IMG/VR virus record: IMGVR_UViG_3300049793_000366
Coordinates: 434,001-498,000 of that record
DNA: 64,000 nt
Strand: one strand, 5' to 3'
Below, piece by piece: positions 36,663 to 45,499 of the stretch; position 1 is the first letter of the stretch; every line of letters begins with the position of its first letter. The position numbers were made by a program, and so were the translations under genes. Under the pieces are notes generated by a model. The model did not search any database and was not told the origin of the DNA. It saw only the letters and a list, made by a program, of their open reading frames with translations.

Positions 36663-36788
36663 ATGAAAGCATTCTTAAGAATAATCACTTTTTATAGAGT
36701 AAATGATGTAGACTACGTACCTAATGGGTGCTTAGGATTAATATTCTGGCTTATAGTGATAGGTATAGTATTAGCAATCGCGAATTAA
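36663..36788 (+). CDS. 41-aa membrane peptide (absent from ORF track)
   Basis: MKAFLRIITF...CLGLIFWLIVIGIVLAIAN*; promoter upstream; stop lies within the repeat. Confidence 0.6.
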   Translation: MKAFLRIITFYRVNDVDYVPNGCLGLIFWLIVIGIVLAIAN

Positions 36789-36789
36789 A

Positions 36790-37047
36790 ATGCCACACCA
36801 CTTCAAATGTATATGTAAGAATGAGTATCTACAATCCGGTAGGGAAGATACTTTAGTTATCTTCATACTCAATGAGATATATCTGGTGGAGAATACCGCG
36901 AGTGGGAACTACTTATTAACTGGTAATATCCGTAGTGGTGATAATATTTTGCGTGAAATAGTATCTTTAGATGATGTAGGCTTTAAACGCTATATGATGC
37001 ACATAGACGAGTATAGGGAGAATAAGTTAGAAGCATTGCTTAATTAG
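36790..37047 (+). CDS. CxC-family small protein, C-tag
   Basis: ATG from the repeat (MPH); KCICK...YRENKLEALLN. Confidence 0.8.
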   Translation: MPHHFKCICKNEYLQSGREDTLVIFILNEIYLVENTASGNYLLTGNIRSGDNILREIVSLDDVGFKRYMMHIDEYRENKLEALLN

Positions 37048-37567
37048 CTAATGCTTCGTCTAATTTCATATCCCTAATCTGAGATTTTACTTCTGATACT
37101 TTAGCTTTAAAGGTGAAACCCAGTTCATCATTTCGTAATTGAATGCTTTTCTCAACATCTTTAGACCATTTATCTCTCATTGTAGCATTGTACACGTTTA
37201 CCAATAACCCGGTTTTAATTGAGTTGGTAACTACCTGGTCTTTACACGTAACAACTACTACGAATTTTTCGTTTACTGTATTGCTGAGTGCATTGAGTAG
37301 TTTATTAAACCTGGTTACTGTTAAACCACTATGCGAACCAACTTCAAGATACTCATAATTATCACCAGACATAGCATCTTCTAATAGTTCTTTAATCTCT
37401 CTGATGTTGTATTCAGAACCTTTGACAACATTTATCTTACCCTTTTTGAATTTGAAGAAGTTACTCTCAAGTGTATCGTTATGTAACTCAAGTGCTAATT
37501 TGGAAACGAGTACCCAATCAGGTGACTGTTTTACTATTTCTGCTTTTATTTTATCTGTGTTATTCAT
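37040..37567 (-). CDS. hypothetical protein, C-tag
   Basis: Ends IRDMKLDEALAN. Confidence 0.75.
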   Translation of the reverse strand: MNNTDKIKAEIVKQSPDWVLVSKLALELHNDTLESNFFKFKKGKINVVKGSEYNIREIKELLEDAMSGDNYEYLEVGSHSGLTVTRFNKLLNALSNTVNEKFVVVVTCKDQVVTNSIKTGLLVNVYNATMRDKWSKDVEKSIQLRNDELGFTFKAKVSEVKSQIRDMKLDEALAN

Positions 37568-37977
37568 CTACTATCTAACTGTTTTAATGCGGCATCGCGT
37601 TTAATCTGCTTAATGAAGTCTTCGTCCATTTCTTTGGGTTGAATTGGATAGCCATTCTCTGCGTAGAAGTCACTGTGCCATTCGTGTGCGATACCGTATG
37701 TGCTTACAAGCTTTCTATATTCTCTTGGCTTTAGGTTGAGTGTAACTAATCGAACCAATTCATCAATGGTTAGTGGTACGCTTATATCTTGTGACATATA
37801 GGTTACTGCTGGATTACCAGAGAGAATGCTTTTTGTATCGGTTGGCTTTAGGTAGAATAGTTCACCTTGAAATGTAGCCATGAGTAATGAATTAGGGTCG
37901 AACTGGTGTTGACCATCAGCATCTATGATAAGTATCTTAAGGAAACCTAATGGTGTTGTAAGTCTATTCTTTTTCAT
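37564..37977 (-). CDS. hypothetical protein, C-tag variant
   Basis: Ends KRDAALKQLDSR. Confidence 0.75.
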   Translation of the reverse strand: MKKNRLTTPLGFLKILIIDADGQHQFDPNSLLMATFQGELFYLKPTDTKSILSGNPAVTYMSQDISVPLTIDELVRLVTLNLKPREYRKLVSTYGIAHEWHSDFYAENGYPIQPKEMDEDFIKQIKRDAALKQLDSR

Positions 37978-37993
37978 TAGCTGTATTTTGCCC

Positions 37994-38025
37994 TAAATAT
38001 ACGGATAATAATCCGGATTACCTAA
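37994..38025 (-). promoter_or_regulatory. Bacteroidota-type promoter with palindromic spacer
   Basis: TTAG-gtaatCCGGATTATTATCCG-TATATTTA. Confidence 0.75.
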
Positions 38026-38349
38026 TTATACTAAAAATCCACTAAAATATTGACTGAACTCTACGGTTCTAAAGAAGTGTTTACGTTGATATTCGGCACA
38101 ACCAACAGATCCGGTAGAGAAGCTATCATCACTTGACCATATAATGATTCCTGTCTCTCTGGTTGACATTTGAGGTACCCAGTCGATATACAAGACATCT
38201 TCACCCAAGAACTTCTGTATATGCTTATATTCCTGTTCATTTCTAACGACAACGGATAGTCCATTGTAGCTTAGAACTTCTTCGATGGTGTTATCTCGCT
38301 TATCTGAATTTGGTTCAGTATTAACTATTCCTTTTCTTGTGGTTGCCAT
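38026..38349 (-). CDS. hypothetical protein
   Basis: Minus-strand ORF, protein-like. Confidence 0.7.
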   Translation of the reverse strand: MATTRKGIVNTEPNSDKRDNTIEEVLSYNGLSVVVRNEQEYKHIQKFLGEDVLYIDWVPQMSTRETGIIIWSSDDSFSTGSVGCAEYQRKHFFRTVEFSQYFSGFLV

Positions 38350-38394
38350 AATTCTCTGATATTAAATATAAGCAATAAGTTTAATATATACTAC

Positions 38395-38859
38395 ATGAAA
38401 CATATTAAACTATTCGAGGCTTTTTCTGATGATTTAAGTAATATACATCTTGACCTTAGACGTGCCGAGCAAAAGCTTAAGACTGAATACCGCGATAAAG
38501 AGAAACAATTGGGTGATAAGTATAAGAGTGCTGTTGAAGCTTGTATTCAAGACTTATTAGAAGATTATGATGCTAAGTTCATTTATGATATGTTTCCACA
38601 CACTGGTCAGAAGATTGGCTTCGAAGTTAGTGTATTCTTTGATAAACCTACTGGGAGTCAATTAGAAACTCTATTACCAATCATAGCAAGGACTGATAAG
38701 AAGCTTACAGCAGAAGGTTTTATAGTTTCTTATGTATGTGAACATAATCTTGGTAACTTCTCCAATGATGATTATTCTAAAGATTTAGCTGAATTATCAA
38801 AGAATTTCATACATTACTCTGGTTGTGTTTCATTAAAGGTTAGTATGAGAATCAACTAA
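38395..38859 (+). CDS. hypothetical protein, N-motif
   Basis: Starts MKHIKLFEAF; AATATATA upstream. Confidence 0.8.
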   Translation: MKHIKLFEAFSDDLSNIHLDLRRAEQKLKTEYRDKEKQLGDKYKSAVEACIQDLLEDYDAKFIYDMFPHTGQKIGFEVSVFFDKPTGSQLETLLPIIARTDKKLTAEGFIVSYVCEHNLGNFSNDDYSKDLAELSKNFIHYSGCVSLKVSMRIN

Positions 38860-38864
38860 TCCTA

Positions 38865-38896
38865 TTTGGTTATATCGAATATAATCCGTATATTCG
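38865..38896 (+). promoter_or_regulatory. Bacteroidota-type promoter
   Basis: TTTG-N20(...ATAATCCG)-TATATTCG. Confidence 0.7.
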
Positions 38897-38900
38897 GACT

Positions 38901-39092
38901 ATGGAAACCTCAATTGTTAGAATCAATTTAATGACTGATAAAGATTACAGACCATATTGTGGTGCTGATTCTTGTGTATATACTATGCCACGTTCAAAGT
39001 GGAATGGTAGTCAATTCGAATGTAAATGTGGGTGGGTATCTGAATTCCCTGCTGATTTCATTACTCGTTATAAAGAAAAACACAATCTTTAA
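38901..39092 (+). CDS. small Zn-ribbon-like protein
   Basis: PYCGADSC...FECKCGW. Confidence 0.7.
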   Translation: METSIVRINLMTDKDYRPYCGADSCVYTMPRSKWNGSQFECKCGWVSEFPADFITRYKEKHNL

Positions 39093-39427
39093 TGGGTAGA
39101 AAAGTTAAAATAAAGAAAGAAGATATTATACTTGAAGCATTAATTGAATGGTTCGATGATGATTTCAAGACCAGTAGAGCAGAAGCCAAGAAGAATCCTA
39201 CTGAGGTTACCAACCCACATTTTTGGGAGAAACCACAATTCGTATCACTTAATTACATTGACCAGTATAATAATATCTGTATCACAGAGACTCAAGCTGG
39301 TGTAGACCCATCAGAACCAAATTATACAATAGGAGTAGCTGTTCCATATGTTTGGTATAAGCCCTATCACGATAAGTATATGAAGATGCGTAACCGCATT
39401 GAGAGTATAGATTCTTTAGTCAAATAG
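39092..39427 (+). CDS. hypothetical protein
   Basis: TAATG coupling. Confidence 0.75.
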   Translation: MGRKVKIKKEDIILEALIEWFDDDFKTSRAEAKKNPTEVTNPHFWEKPQFVSLNYIDQYNNICITETQAGVDPSEPNYTIGVAVPYVWYKPYHDKYMKMRNRIESIDSLVK

Positions 39428-39428
39428 A

Positions 39429-39821
39429 CTATTTATTAGACTTTTCAGCATTACAAACCGTACACATTGGTTGATAGTTATCGATGTGGTCGGGACCGCC
39501 TTTATCTCTTGCTATGATATGGTCTTTAGTCATAAGCACCTCTTCACCCTTTGAATTCACTGCGTATAGGTTGAGGTGATAAGCCAATGAAGCTTTATTA
39601 TACTTATCGCGTTCTTTAGCGAAGTATTTACCCTTAGCACCACAGATAACACAATCAATTCCTTTTACTTTGAAGGTTTTATACCTATCAGAACCCAGCT
39701 TGATATCATCACCATCTAAGACTATGATATCTCTTTTGGTATGATGCAGTTCAACAGATGATAGAATGAGTTGAATTGGATATGTTTCTTTACGATAGTA
39801 TCTCTTTACTTCAGTTTCCAT
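39429..39821 (-). CDS. HNH endonuclease
   Basis: CVICG...TKDHIIARDKGG...NYQPMCTVCNAEK. Confidence 0.85.
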   Translation of the reverse strand: METEVKRYYRKETYPIQLILSSVELHHTKRDIIVLDGDDIKLGSDRYKTFKVKGIDCVICGAKGKYFAKERDKYNKASLAYHLNLYAVNSKGEEVLMTKDHIIARDKGGPDHIDNYQPMCTVCNAEKSNK

Positions 39822-39871
39822 TAATACAAATATAGCGAATTATTATGACATTTAATATATACTCTAAACAA

Positions 39872-40600
39872 ATGAGTAAGATGGACACACGATATAAGTT
39901 AAAAGAGGTGGGGAGATTTATTAAAGCACTCAGCAATGACTATAAGAATACGGTTGATACTGATATAAAAGCTAAGAAGAAGAAAGCTATATGGAAAACA
40001 GTATGCTTGACATTCGACCAGATTTGGAGTGGGATATCAGCATTGTTTGTTTATCCTATTTGGTATGCTTTCAGAAAGCAAATAACTAATACCTTATATG
40101 AAGGTACTACCTGGGAAGCCGTTCATCAATTGGTGGTTGATAATAAGATTGATGAGGTGAAGTATATTGTCAAACGAAAGGGTGCTTTATTGTATTGGTT
40201 ATGGACTTTTGGTGACTTGAGAGATCCATTAGGTAGAGGTGAGTTACCGGAAGATGGGTATAAAGGTAGGTATAAGAATAACTTCGTAGGGAGATATTAT
40301 GAGAATGCTTTGCGTAATCCAAGGTTTACTATTAACTATATGAATTATCGAACTGGTACCATAGTAGAATCGCATACGGTGATTGATACCAGAGATTATA
40401 ATATATCGTATTCATCAGAGGGTATTGGTAAGAATCCTGCGGGTGTATTATTCAAATGGGTGGTTGATGATAAGAATAAGTGGTATTATGTCTATGATGA
40501 TAATAACAAGGAGAACTTATTTTACTTTGGGTATTCTGGTTTGGGTAAAACTGATATTGGTAAGAATGGTAGGTTTGAGATTAGTTACAGAAAAAATTGA
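39872..40600 (+). CDS. hypothetical protein (possible membrane segment)
   Basis: AATATATA upstream; start moved to 39872. Confidence 0.75.
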   Translation: MSKMDTRYKLKEVGRFIKALSNDYKNTVDTDIKAKKKKAIWKTVCLTFDQIWSGISALFVYPIWYAFRKQITNTLYEGTTWEAVHQLVVDNKIDEVKYIVKRKGALLYWLWTFGDLRDPLGRGELPEDGYKGRYKNNFVGRYYENALRNPRFTINYMNYRTGTIVESHTVIDTRDYNISYSSEGIGKNPAGVLFKWVVDDKNKWYYVYDDNNKENLFYFGYSGLGKTDIGKNGRFEISYRKN

Positions 40601-40610
40601 TATATAACAC

Positions 40611-41024
40611 ATGAAACATCTTAGACACTTTAATGAGCATTTGAATAATGAGCTTCAAGAAATAGCTGAGTTCTTTTACTATGCATTTGAAGACCATAAC
40701 TATTATGAGTTCAAACCACTCAACAAAGGATATACTGATACTGTTTATTATAATGGTGTTGTTGAGGTGAGAGATATGTCTTCTGGTCAGTATGAGGTTT
40801 ATATGAATCTTGGTATACCTGAGCCATATAGTGGTCCTTCTTTATTCGGTGGATCATCTACTATGAAATACAGTAATGATGCTGAGTTAAATAAGTTAAA
40901 TGTTGAGGTTAAGAAGATAGCGAGAAAGCTTGGTTTCAGTGAGAAGTCTCATGTGGATTACATATGTAGTTACTTAGATGAGACTGATAATATGATAAAA
41001 GCGTCAATTGTTATTTATAAATAA
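40611..41024 (+). CDS. hypothetical protein, N-motif
   Basis: Starts MKHLRHFNE; GATATATA upstream. Confidence 0.8.
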   Translation: MKHLRHFNEHLNNELQEIAEFFYYAFEDHNYYEFKPLNKGYTDTVYYNGVVEVRDMSSGQYEVYMNLGIPEPYSGPSLFGGSSTMKYSNDAELNKLNVEVKKIARKLGFSEKSHVDYICSYLDETDNMIKASIVIYK

Positions 41025-41035
41025 ATATATAGAGC

Positions 41036-41434
41036 ATGAAATATTTACAAACATTCAATGAAAGAAAATTCTACACTATCAAATATGATAATCAGGAATT
41101 AAGTATCGATGATATTAACAATGGTGAATGGTCTTTAACTGACCATTTAAACCCTAAGATTGATAAGCTTATCATGGCATTAGGTGATATGAAAGCGCGA
41201 GTTAATACACACGGTAGCAAAGTCTATAAAGACGAAGCAAAGAAGATAGATTTGATGAGTCAGATATTAGATTCTGATGTTGCTGAGTCTGCTCCAATTG
41301 AAGCAACTGAGACTACAGTTGATATTAATATCGCTTTAGTTGATGAGGTTGAACCGATTGAAGATGTGTCAGTAGAAGTTGATAATACACCAATGAATAT
41401 AGGTGGTGCTATTGATAGGCTTATGTCAACCTAA
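41036..41434 (+). CDS. hypothetical protein, N-motif
   Basis: Starts MKYLQTFNE; AATATATA upstream. Confidence 0.8.
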   Translation: MKYLQTFNERKFYTIKYDNQELSIDDINNGEWSLTDHLNPKIDKLIMALGDMKARVNTHGSKVYKDEAKKIDLMSQILDSDVAESAPIEATETTVDINIALVDEVEPIEDVSVEVDNTPMNIGGAIDRLMST

Positions 41435-41706
41435 TCGGTTATCTTATCTATTTGTTTAGCCCTGTATTTGATTTTCTGTTCATCATACCACTTATCGGAT
41501 GGGTTGTTATACCATACTTTATATAATTCAATTGGGTTTATCCAAGATTCTATTCTATTGACAACGCCATTGAATTCTAATTTTGCTGAGGTGTTATTCT
41601 CTCTACAATAAACCACCACTACCTCAACGCACTCACATAGTTCGCTACCTGGTATGACTGAGGCATAATATCCTTCTTGAATCTTAAATAAGTTATTTAG
41701 TTCCAT
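41431..41706 (-). CDS. hypothetical protein, C-tag
   Basis: Ends YRAKQIDKITD. Confidence 0.75.
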   Translation of the reverse strand: MELNNLFKIQEGYYASVIPGSELCECVEVVVVYCRENNTSAKLEFNGVVNRIESWINPIELYKVWYNNPSDKWYDEQKIKYRAKQIDKITD

Positions 41707-41708
41707 TG

Positions 41709-42149
41709 TTAGTATCTTGTATTATATAATCCGATATCAATTGTTATTTCTAAGCATTCTATTTGATTATCCAACATATAGAATGGTTTATCTTTTTTAT
41801 AAAGGAATGAGAAGAATCCTTTCTTTTGTACTGGTTTATGATTCACCTCAGCCATAAAAGAATACAAATCCGAACGCATACTACCACGGGTAATACCTGG
41901 GCTGGTTATAATCAATATAGATACATCCTTCTTTACATCCCAACCATCAGCCATTAACTTCCTATTGAATCTATTCAGACTCTTTACTAAGTCTTTATCC
42001 AGTAGTTGGTCTTTGTATTCAGCTTTCAATCGGATATCTCTCTTACTATTGATTAGACACATAGAGTAACTTTCCATTAGCTCGAAGCCAGCGGATTCTA
42101 CTTCTTTGAGTAGGTTCAGTATGAGTTGTTTCTTATAGCTCTTTAACAT
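41709..42149 (-). CDS. hypothetical protein sharing the N-motif-family core
   Basis: LNRFNRKLMADGW core motif. Confidence 0.7.
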   Translation of the reverse strand: MLKSYKKQLILNLLKEVESAGFELMESYSMCLINSKRDIRLKAEYKDQLLDKDLVKSLNRFNRKLMADGWDVKKDVSILIITSPGITRGSMRSDLYSFMAEVNHKPVQKKGFFSFLYKKDKPFYMLDNQIECLEITIDIGLYNTRY

Positions 42150-42583
42150 TAGTGTATTCTTATATGACCGTGATAATCACCAGCACCATCCCAGAGTGAT
42201 AATTCAAACCACACCTTGTGTCCTTCGCTTTCAATCTTCTTTAGTAATGATTTGGTATGTAGTAACATTTCTTGTTTAGCTCTGAGTACTACCAGTTTAG
42301 CTTCCATCTTTGATTCCCATTCGAATAGAGAAGGACCGCCGGTATCTGGTGTTGGCTTTCTTACGATGAAGTATATGTTCGCTAAATGGATTAGATTCTT
42401 GATTCGTTCTTCTTTGGTGATTGAGAATGGTGACTTACCTTTACAATACCAATGGTCAACGATTGGGTTATATCCTATACTAAGGTCTTTGAATCCTTCA
42501 TGTAGGCTCATAGCATCTTCGAATGATTCTACGATGAGGTTAATGGTTGATTCGAAATCCTTCTGTATTTGTGTGTAGTCCAT
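42149..42583 (-). CDS. hypothetical protein
   Basis: Start moved to MDYTQ after the promoter; LLKKIESEGH. Confidence 0.7.
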   Translation of the reverse strand: MDYTQIQKDFESTINLIVESFEDAMSLHEGFKDLSIGYNPIVDHWYCKGKSPFSITKEERIKNLIHLANIYFIVRKPTPDTGGPSLFEWESKMEAKLVVLRAKQEMLLHTKSLLKKIESEGHKVWFELSLWDGAGDYHGHIRIH

Positions 42584-42589
42584 TGGGCA

Positions 42590-42620
42590 TAAATATACGG
42601 ATAATATTCCGATAACCAAA
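42590..42620 (-). promoter_or_regulatory. Bacteroidota-type promoter with palindromic spacer
   Basis: TTTG-gttatCGGAATATTATCCG-TATATTTA. Confidence 0.8.
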
Positions 42621-42623
42621 CAG

Positions 42624-43103
42624 TTAAAGTGAACATAGTTCATCCAACTCACTGAACTGATGATAACGAATGTCTTCTTTTTTAAATATAACAGCCATGA
42701 GTTCTATATCCGTTTCTATACCATCAGTAATATAACGGTGAAGATAACCAGCATCTACCACATCTTTTATATAGTAGAAGTTCTTAATACCACATGGTAA
42801 TGTCTCACAATCCTGTAAGCTTGGACAAACAACCGCTTCTTGATAGAACCTGGCGAATAGCTTATAACCCATCTTCTCAAGCTTCTTATTAGCTCTCAGT
42901 ATCTTATTGACCATAGATGTTGTTATAGTGATGTATCTACGGTCTCCGCTTGGACTTGTGTCCTTTACGTGGTACCAATAGTAATTACTATATTCATCAC
43001 AGTATTCGGTGGTATATAACTCATATTCATAATCATCACATAATTCGAACATGATATCATTAACCTTTGGTACGTCAATAGTATAGATTGACTCTTTTAT
43101 CAT
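42624..43103 (-). CDS. hypothetical protein sharing the N-motif-family core
   Basis: FELCDDYE...ILRANKKLEKMGY. Confidence 0.75.
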   Translation of the reverse strand: MIKESIYTIDVPKVNDIMFELCDDYEYELYTTEYCDEYSNYYWYHVKDTSPSGDRRYITITTSMVNKILRANKKLEKMGYKLFARFYQEAVVCPSLQDCETLPCGIKNFYYIKDVVDAGYLHRYITDGIETDIELMAVIFKKEDIRYHQFSELDELCSL

Positions 43104-43778
43104 TTAAACGGTTTCTAATTCGAACTGACAGACCTTTACTTTAAGGTCATTGTATTGATAGATTTTATTCTTCTTCTCAAGGCTTTTGATGTATTCGATA
43201 TACTCAGGTCTTGCTGGTTCATTCTTGTTGAGGTACATATGTTCAATATGTTCTAACTCAGAAAACGATGTTATCTCTGTATCACCGTAACCTATACCAC
43301 CGCTACCTCTGGGTCCGAAGATAGTACTTGGGATAACAGTTGATTCAATCTCATAGGAAGAGTTTAATGTCTCCTTATTGAAATGATAGTCTTGATAGTC
43401 TGAATGATTTATATTGCGACCAATGTGCCATCTGAATCTTCCGATAGCTTTCTTCTTCTCGATGGGTTCTTTATGACCAGCCCAGTTATCAATATAGGTA
43501 ATATGGTCAACACCTTCTAACCTTGCGATAGCGATTTCACGCTGTACTTGCTTATCATCGAATCCCCAGCCGCTTACCTTTAGTTTATTGGTAAAGTTTT
43601 CGAATTCAACCTTTAACTTCATACCATAGACGAATTCAATCAATAGCTCTGCTTCATTACAGTTGATTGGTCTCTGGACATTAAGACTACGTGTATAGCC
43701 TTTAGTTAACAAAGACATATAGAAGTCTTTATGGATGCCCAGCTTGGTCTTAGCTCCTTTATAACAATTATTTTTCAT
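43104..43778 (-). CDS. hypothetical protein
   Basis: Coupled minus-strand ORF. Confidence 0.75.
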   Translation of the reverse strand: MKNNCYKGAKTKLGIHKDFYMSLLTKGYTRSLNVQRPINCNEAELLIEFVYGMKLKVEFENFTNKLKVSGWGFDDKQVQREIAIARLEGVDHITYIDNWAGHKEPIEKKKAIGRFRWHIGRNINHSDYQDYHFNKETLNSSYEIESTVIPSTIFGPRGSGGIGYGDTEITSFSELEHIEHMYLNKNEPARPEYIEYIKSLEKKNKIYQYNDLKVKVCQFELETV

Positions 43779-44031
43779 CAGCTTCGGTAATTAATAGTGA
43801 TAGGTTTATAATCGTTTTATCCTTATTCTTAAAGAACTTCTCTTTGTTATACTCTTTGAACTTCAATGTACTATTCTTCGATGTGTATAACTTATCGTCT
43901 AACTTCTTCGATATCCTATCAATCTCTCTTAATAGTTTATCAGTGAGTACAGTATGCTTAATAGCACACCCATAAGTTCCAACTGGAACGAACCCAAAGT
44001 CTTCAATCAGTGTTAAGAATATATCATTCAT
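43768..44031 (-). CDS. hypothetical protein sharing the N-motif-family core
   Basis: FLTLIEDFG...EIDRISKKL. Confidence 0.7.
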   Translation of the reverse strand: MNDIFLTLIEDFGFVPVGTYGCAIKHTVLTDKLLREIDRISKKLDDKLYTSKNSTLKFKEYNKEKFFKNKDKTIINLSLLITEADEK

Positions 44032-44040
44032 ATTGTCCAG

Positions 44041-44072
44041 TAAATATACGGATAATAATCGATACTACCAAA
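44041..44072 (-). promoter_or_regulatory. Bacteroidota-type promoter
   Basis: TTTG-gtagtatCGATTATTATCCG-TATATTTA. Confidence 0.75.
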
Positions 44073-44104
44073 TTTATGACCATTAATCATGGATATTAAT
44101 GGAT

Positions 44105-44245
44105 TCTTATATAAAATATAAGATAAGTTGGAGTCTACTCGGTCTCAGACGCTTGGTTCTGTTACAGTCAATCTTATTCTTATTTTTTTAACTTACTGAG
44201 TTACAGGTCTTTAGCAGGTTGGGGATTCAGTTCCTCCCTGATGAC
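44105..44245 (-). ncRNA. candidate small structured RNA
   Basis: No credible ORF downstream of a perfect promoter at 44250-44281; imperfect hairpins. Confidence 0.3.
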
Positions 44246-44249
44246 AATA

Positions 44250-44281
44250 CAAATATAAGGAATAAATTCTAAACCACCAAA
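44250..44281 (-). promoter_or_regulatory. Bacteroidota-type promoter
   Basis: TTTG-N20-TATATTTG, exact consensus. Confidence 0.65.
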
Positions 44282-44337
44282 TATATCCGCATATTTTGGA
44301 CAATAAACTTCGATTACCCTCTGGTATATAAGTATTT

Positions 44338-44634
44338 ATGAACATAAGAGAGAAATTCGCATTATATAAACAACTATACAGTGAGATACTGGATGAGTTT
44401 GGAATGGATGGCTGGGAACAAATAGATAACAAGCTTGAGGCTAAGTGGAGACATAACGAGAAACACAATGATATGTTATTCTACGAAGGTGATTGTGAGT
44501 ATGGTATTGATGATGCCAGACTAATCAAAGAAGTCGATGGGTTAGTACTATTCTATTGTAGAGACAATGGTGATAAGTTCTACTCTCTATTTGATACCGC
44601 TAATAAACTGGGTGAAGAGGATGAAGATGAGTAA
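44338..44634 (+). CDS. hypothetical protein
   Basis: GTATATA upstream; acidic tail. Confidence 0.75.
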   Translation: MNIREKFALYKQLYSEILDEFGMDGWEQIDNKLEAKWRHNEKHNDMLFYEGDCEYGIDDARLIKEVDGLVLFYCRDNGDKFYSLFDTANKLGEEDEDE

Positions 44635-44857
44635 TACTTATATCTGTGTAAAAGAGTGGAGTCTTGCTTCTATACCATATAGAAAGGGTGATAGGGTACA
44701 TACTGCTGATATATCATCAAAGATATCACCAAGTAAATTCATTAGCTTAACTAATGGTGCTATATTCCGCACACGTACATTTTTAGAACACTTTAAACAT
44801 ATCGATGATTACATTCGTGATATTGATAAGAATATAGACCTTGTGTTAAATGATTAA
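44627..44857 (+). CDS. CxC-family small protein, C-tag variant
   Basis: YICVKE...KGD...FLEHF...IRDIDKNIDLVL. Confidence 0.75.
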   Translation: MSNTYICVKEWSLASIPYRKGDRVHTADISSKISPSKFISLTNGAIFRTRTFLEHFKHIDDYIRDIDKNIDLVLND

Positions 44858-45116
44858 CGGTCTACCAATAAAAACCTGCGTATGTATTAAGAACTACGCT
44901 AAACGAAACGATACCTATCGCTATACCATCGGTGAGGTCTATAAGTATCAAGTAGTCAGTCATTATATAAGCCCTGATGTATGGCGTGTCTATACCACTG
45001 ATGCAGACTATGACTTCTATGAAGTATCAAAGGATCCATGCGAACCAAAGATAATTGAGTACTTTCAAGATATACAAACGAATAGGGATTCTAAACTTAA
45101 GAAGCTATTGAAATGA
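44850..45116 (+). CDS. CxC-family small protein, C-tag
   Basis: TCVCIK...IGEVYKY...NRDSKLKKLL. Confidence 0.8.
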   Translation: MINGLPIKTCVCIKNYAKRNDTYRYTIGEVYKYQVVSHYISPDVWRVYTTDADYDFYEVSKDPCEPKIIEYFQDIQTNRDSKLKKLLK

Positions 45117-45499
45117 CAGCACCCGAACTAATAGAGTATTTAGAGCGATTGGGATTCATTATGGATTCTTATACCAGTATGATGGAGTTCATCACCCTAC
45201 ATCTACGCGATAAAGATATTGGTGCTAATGTGAATAACCTAAGTGGTGTATCAATAAGTATCTGTAAGAGTAAAGGAGTCTATCATCAACAGTATAGTGA
45301 TAAGCCAAACATATTCAGTATTAAGTATGAGCTAACGGATCATATAGACTTCAATACGAAGATGCCCGTTAGAAGCCATCAGATGAATCACTATACAATA
45401 GATGGTGTGTTGGAGTTCCTCGTAGAGAATCGAATTGGTAAACCGGATGTATTAAGAGAAGCTATCATTGAATTAAACTGCCACAGGCTCTTGAATTAA
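45113..45499 (+). CDS. hypothetical protein ending within repeat copies
   Basis: The last codons (LNCHRLLN*) are encoded by two repeat copies. Confidence 0.75.
   Translation: MTAPELIEYLERLGFIMDSYTSMMEFITLHLRDKDIGANVNNLSGVSISICKSKGVYHQQYSDKPNIFSIKYELTDHIDFNTKMPVRSHQMNHYTIDGVLEFLVENRIGKPDVLREAIIELNCHRLLN

Larger units (their letters stand above)
34325..36798 (+). repeat. cluster of 11 direct copies of a 16-bp repeat, consensus AATTAAAATGCCACAC
   Basis: Copies start at 34325, 34708, 34751, 34775, 34808, 35040, 35096, 35139, 35376, 36137, 36783; all in the same orientation. Confidence 0.9.

Noticed and set aside
34325-36798. 16-bp direct repeats as a CRISPR array
   Set aside because: The repeat is too short, spacing is irregular (24 to over 700 bp), whole ORFs lie between copies, and no cas genes are in the window.
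44190-44250. tRNA-like element (GGGGA-TTCAGT-TCCTC resembles a T-arm)
   Set aside because: No matching acceptor stem, D-arm or CCA end, and the promoter points to the opposite strand.
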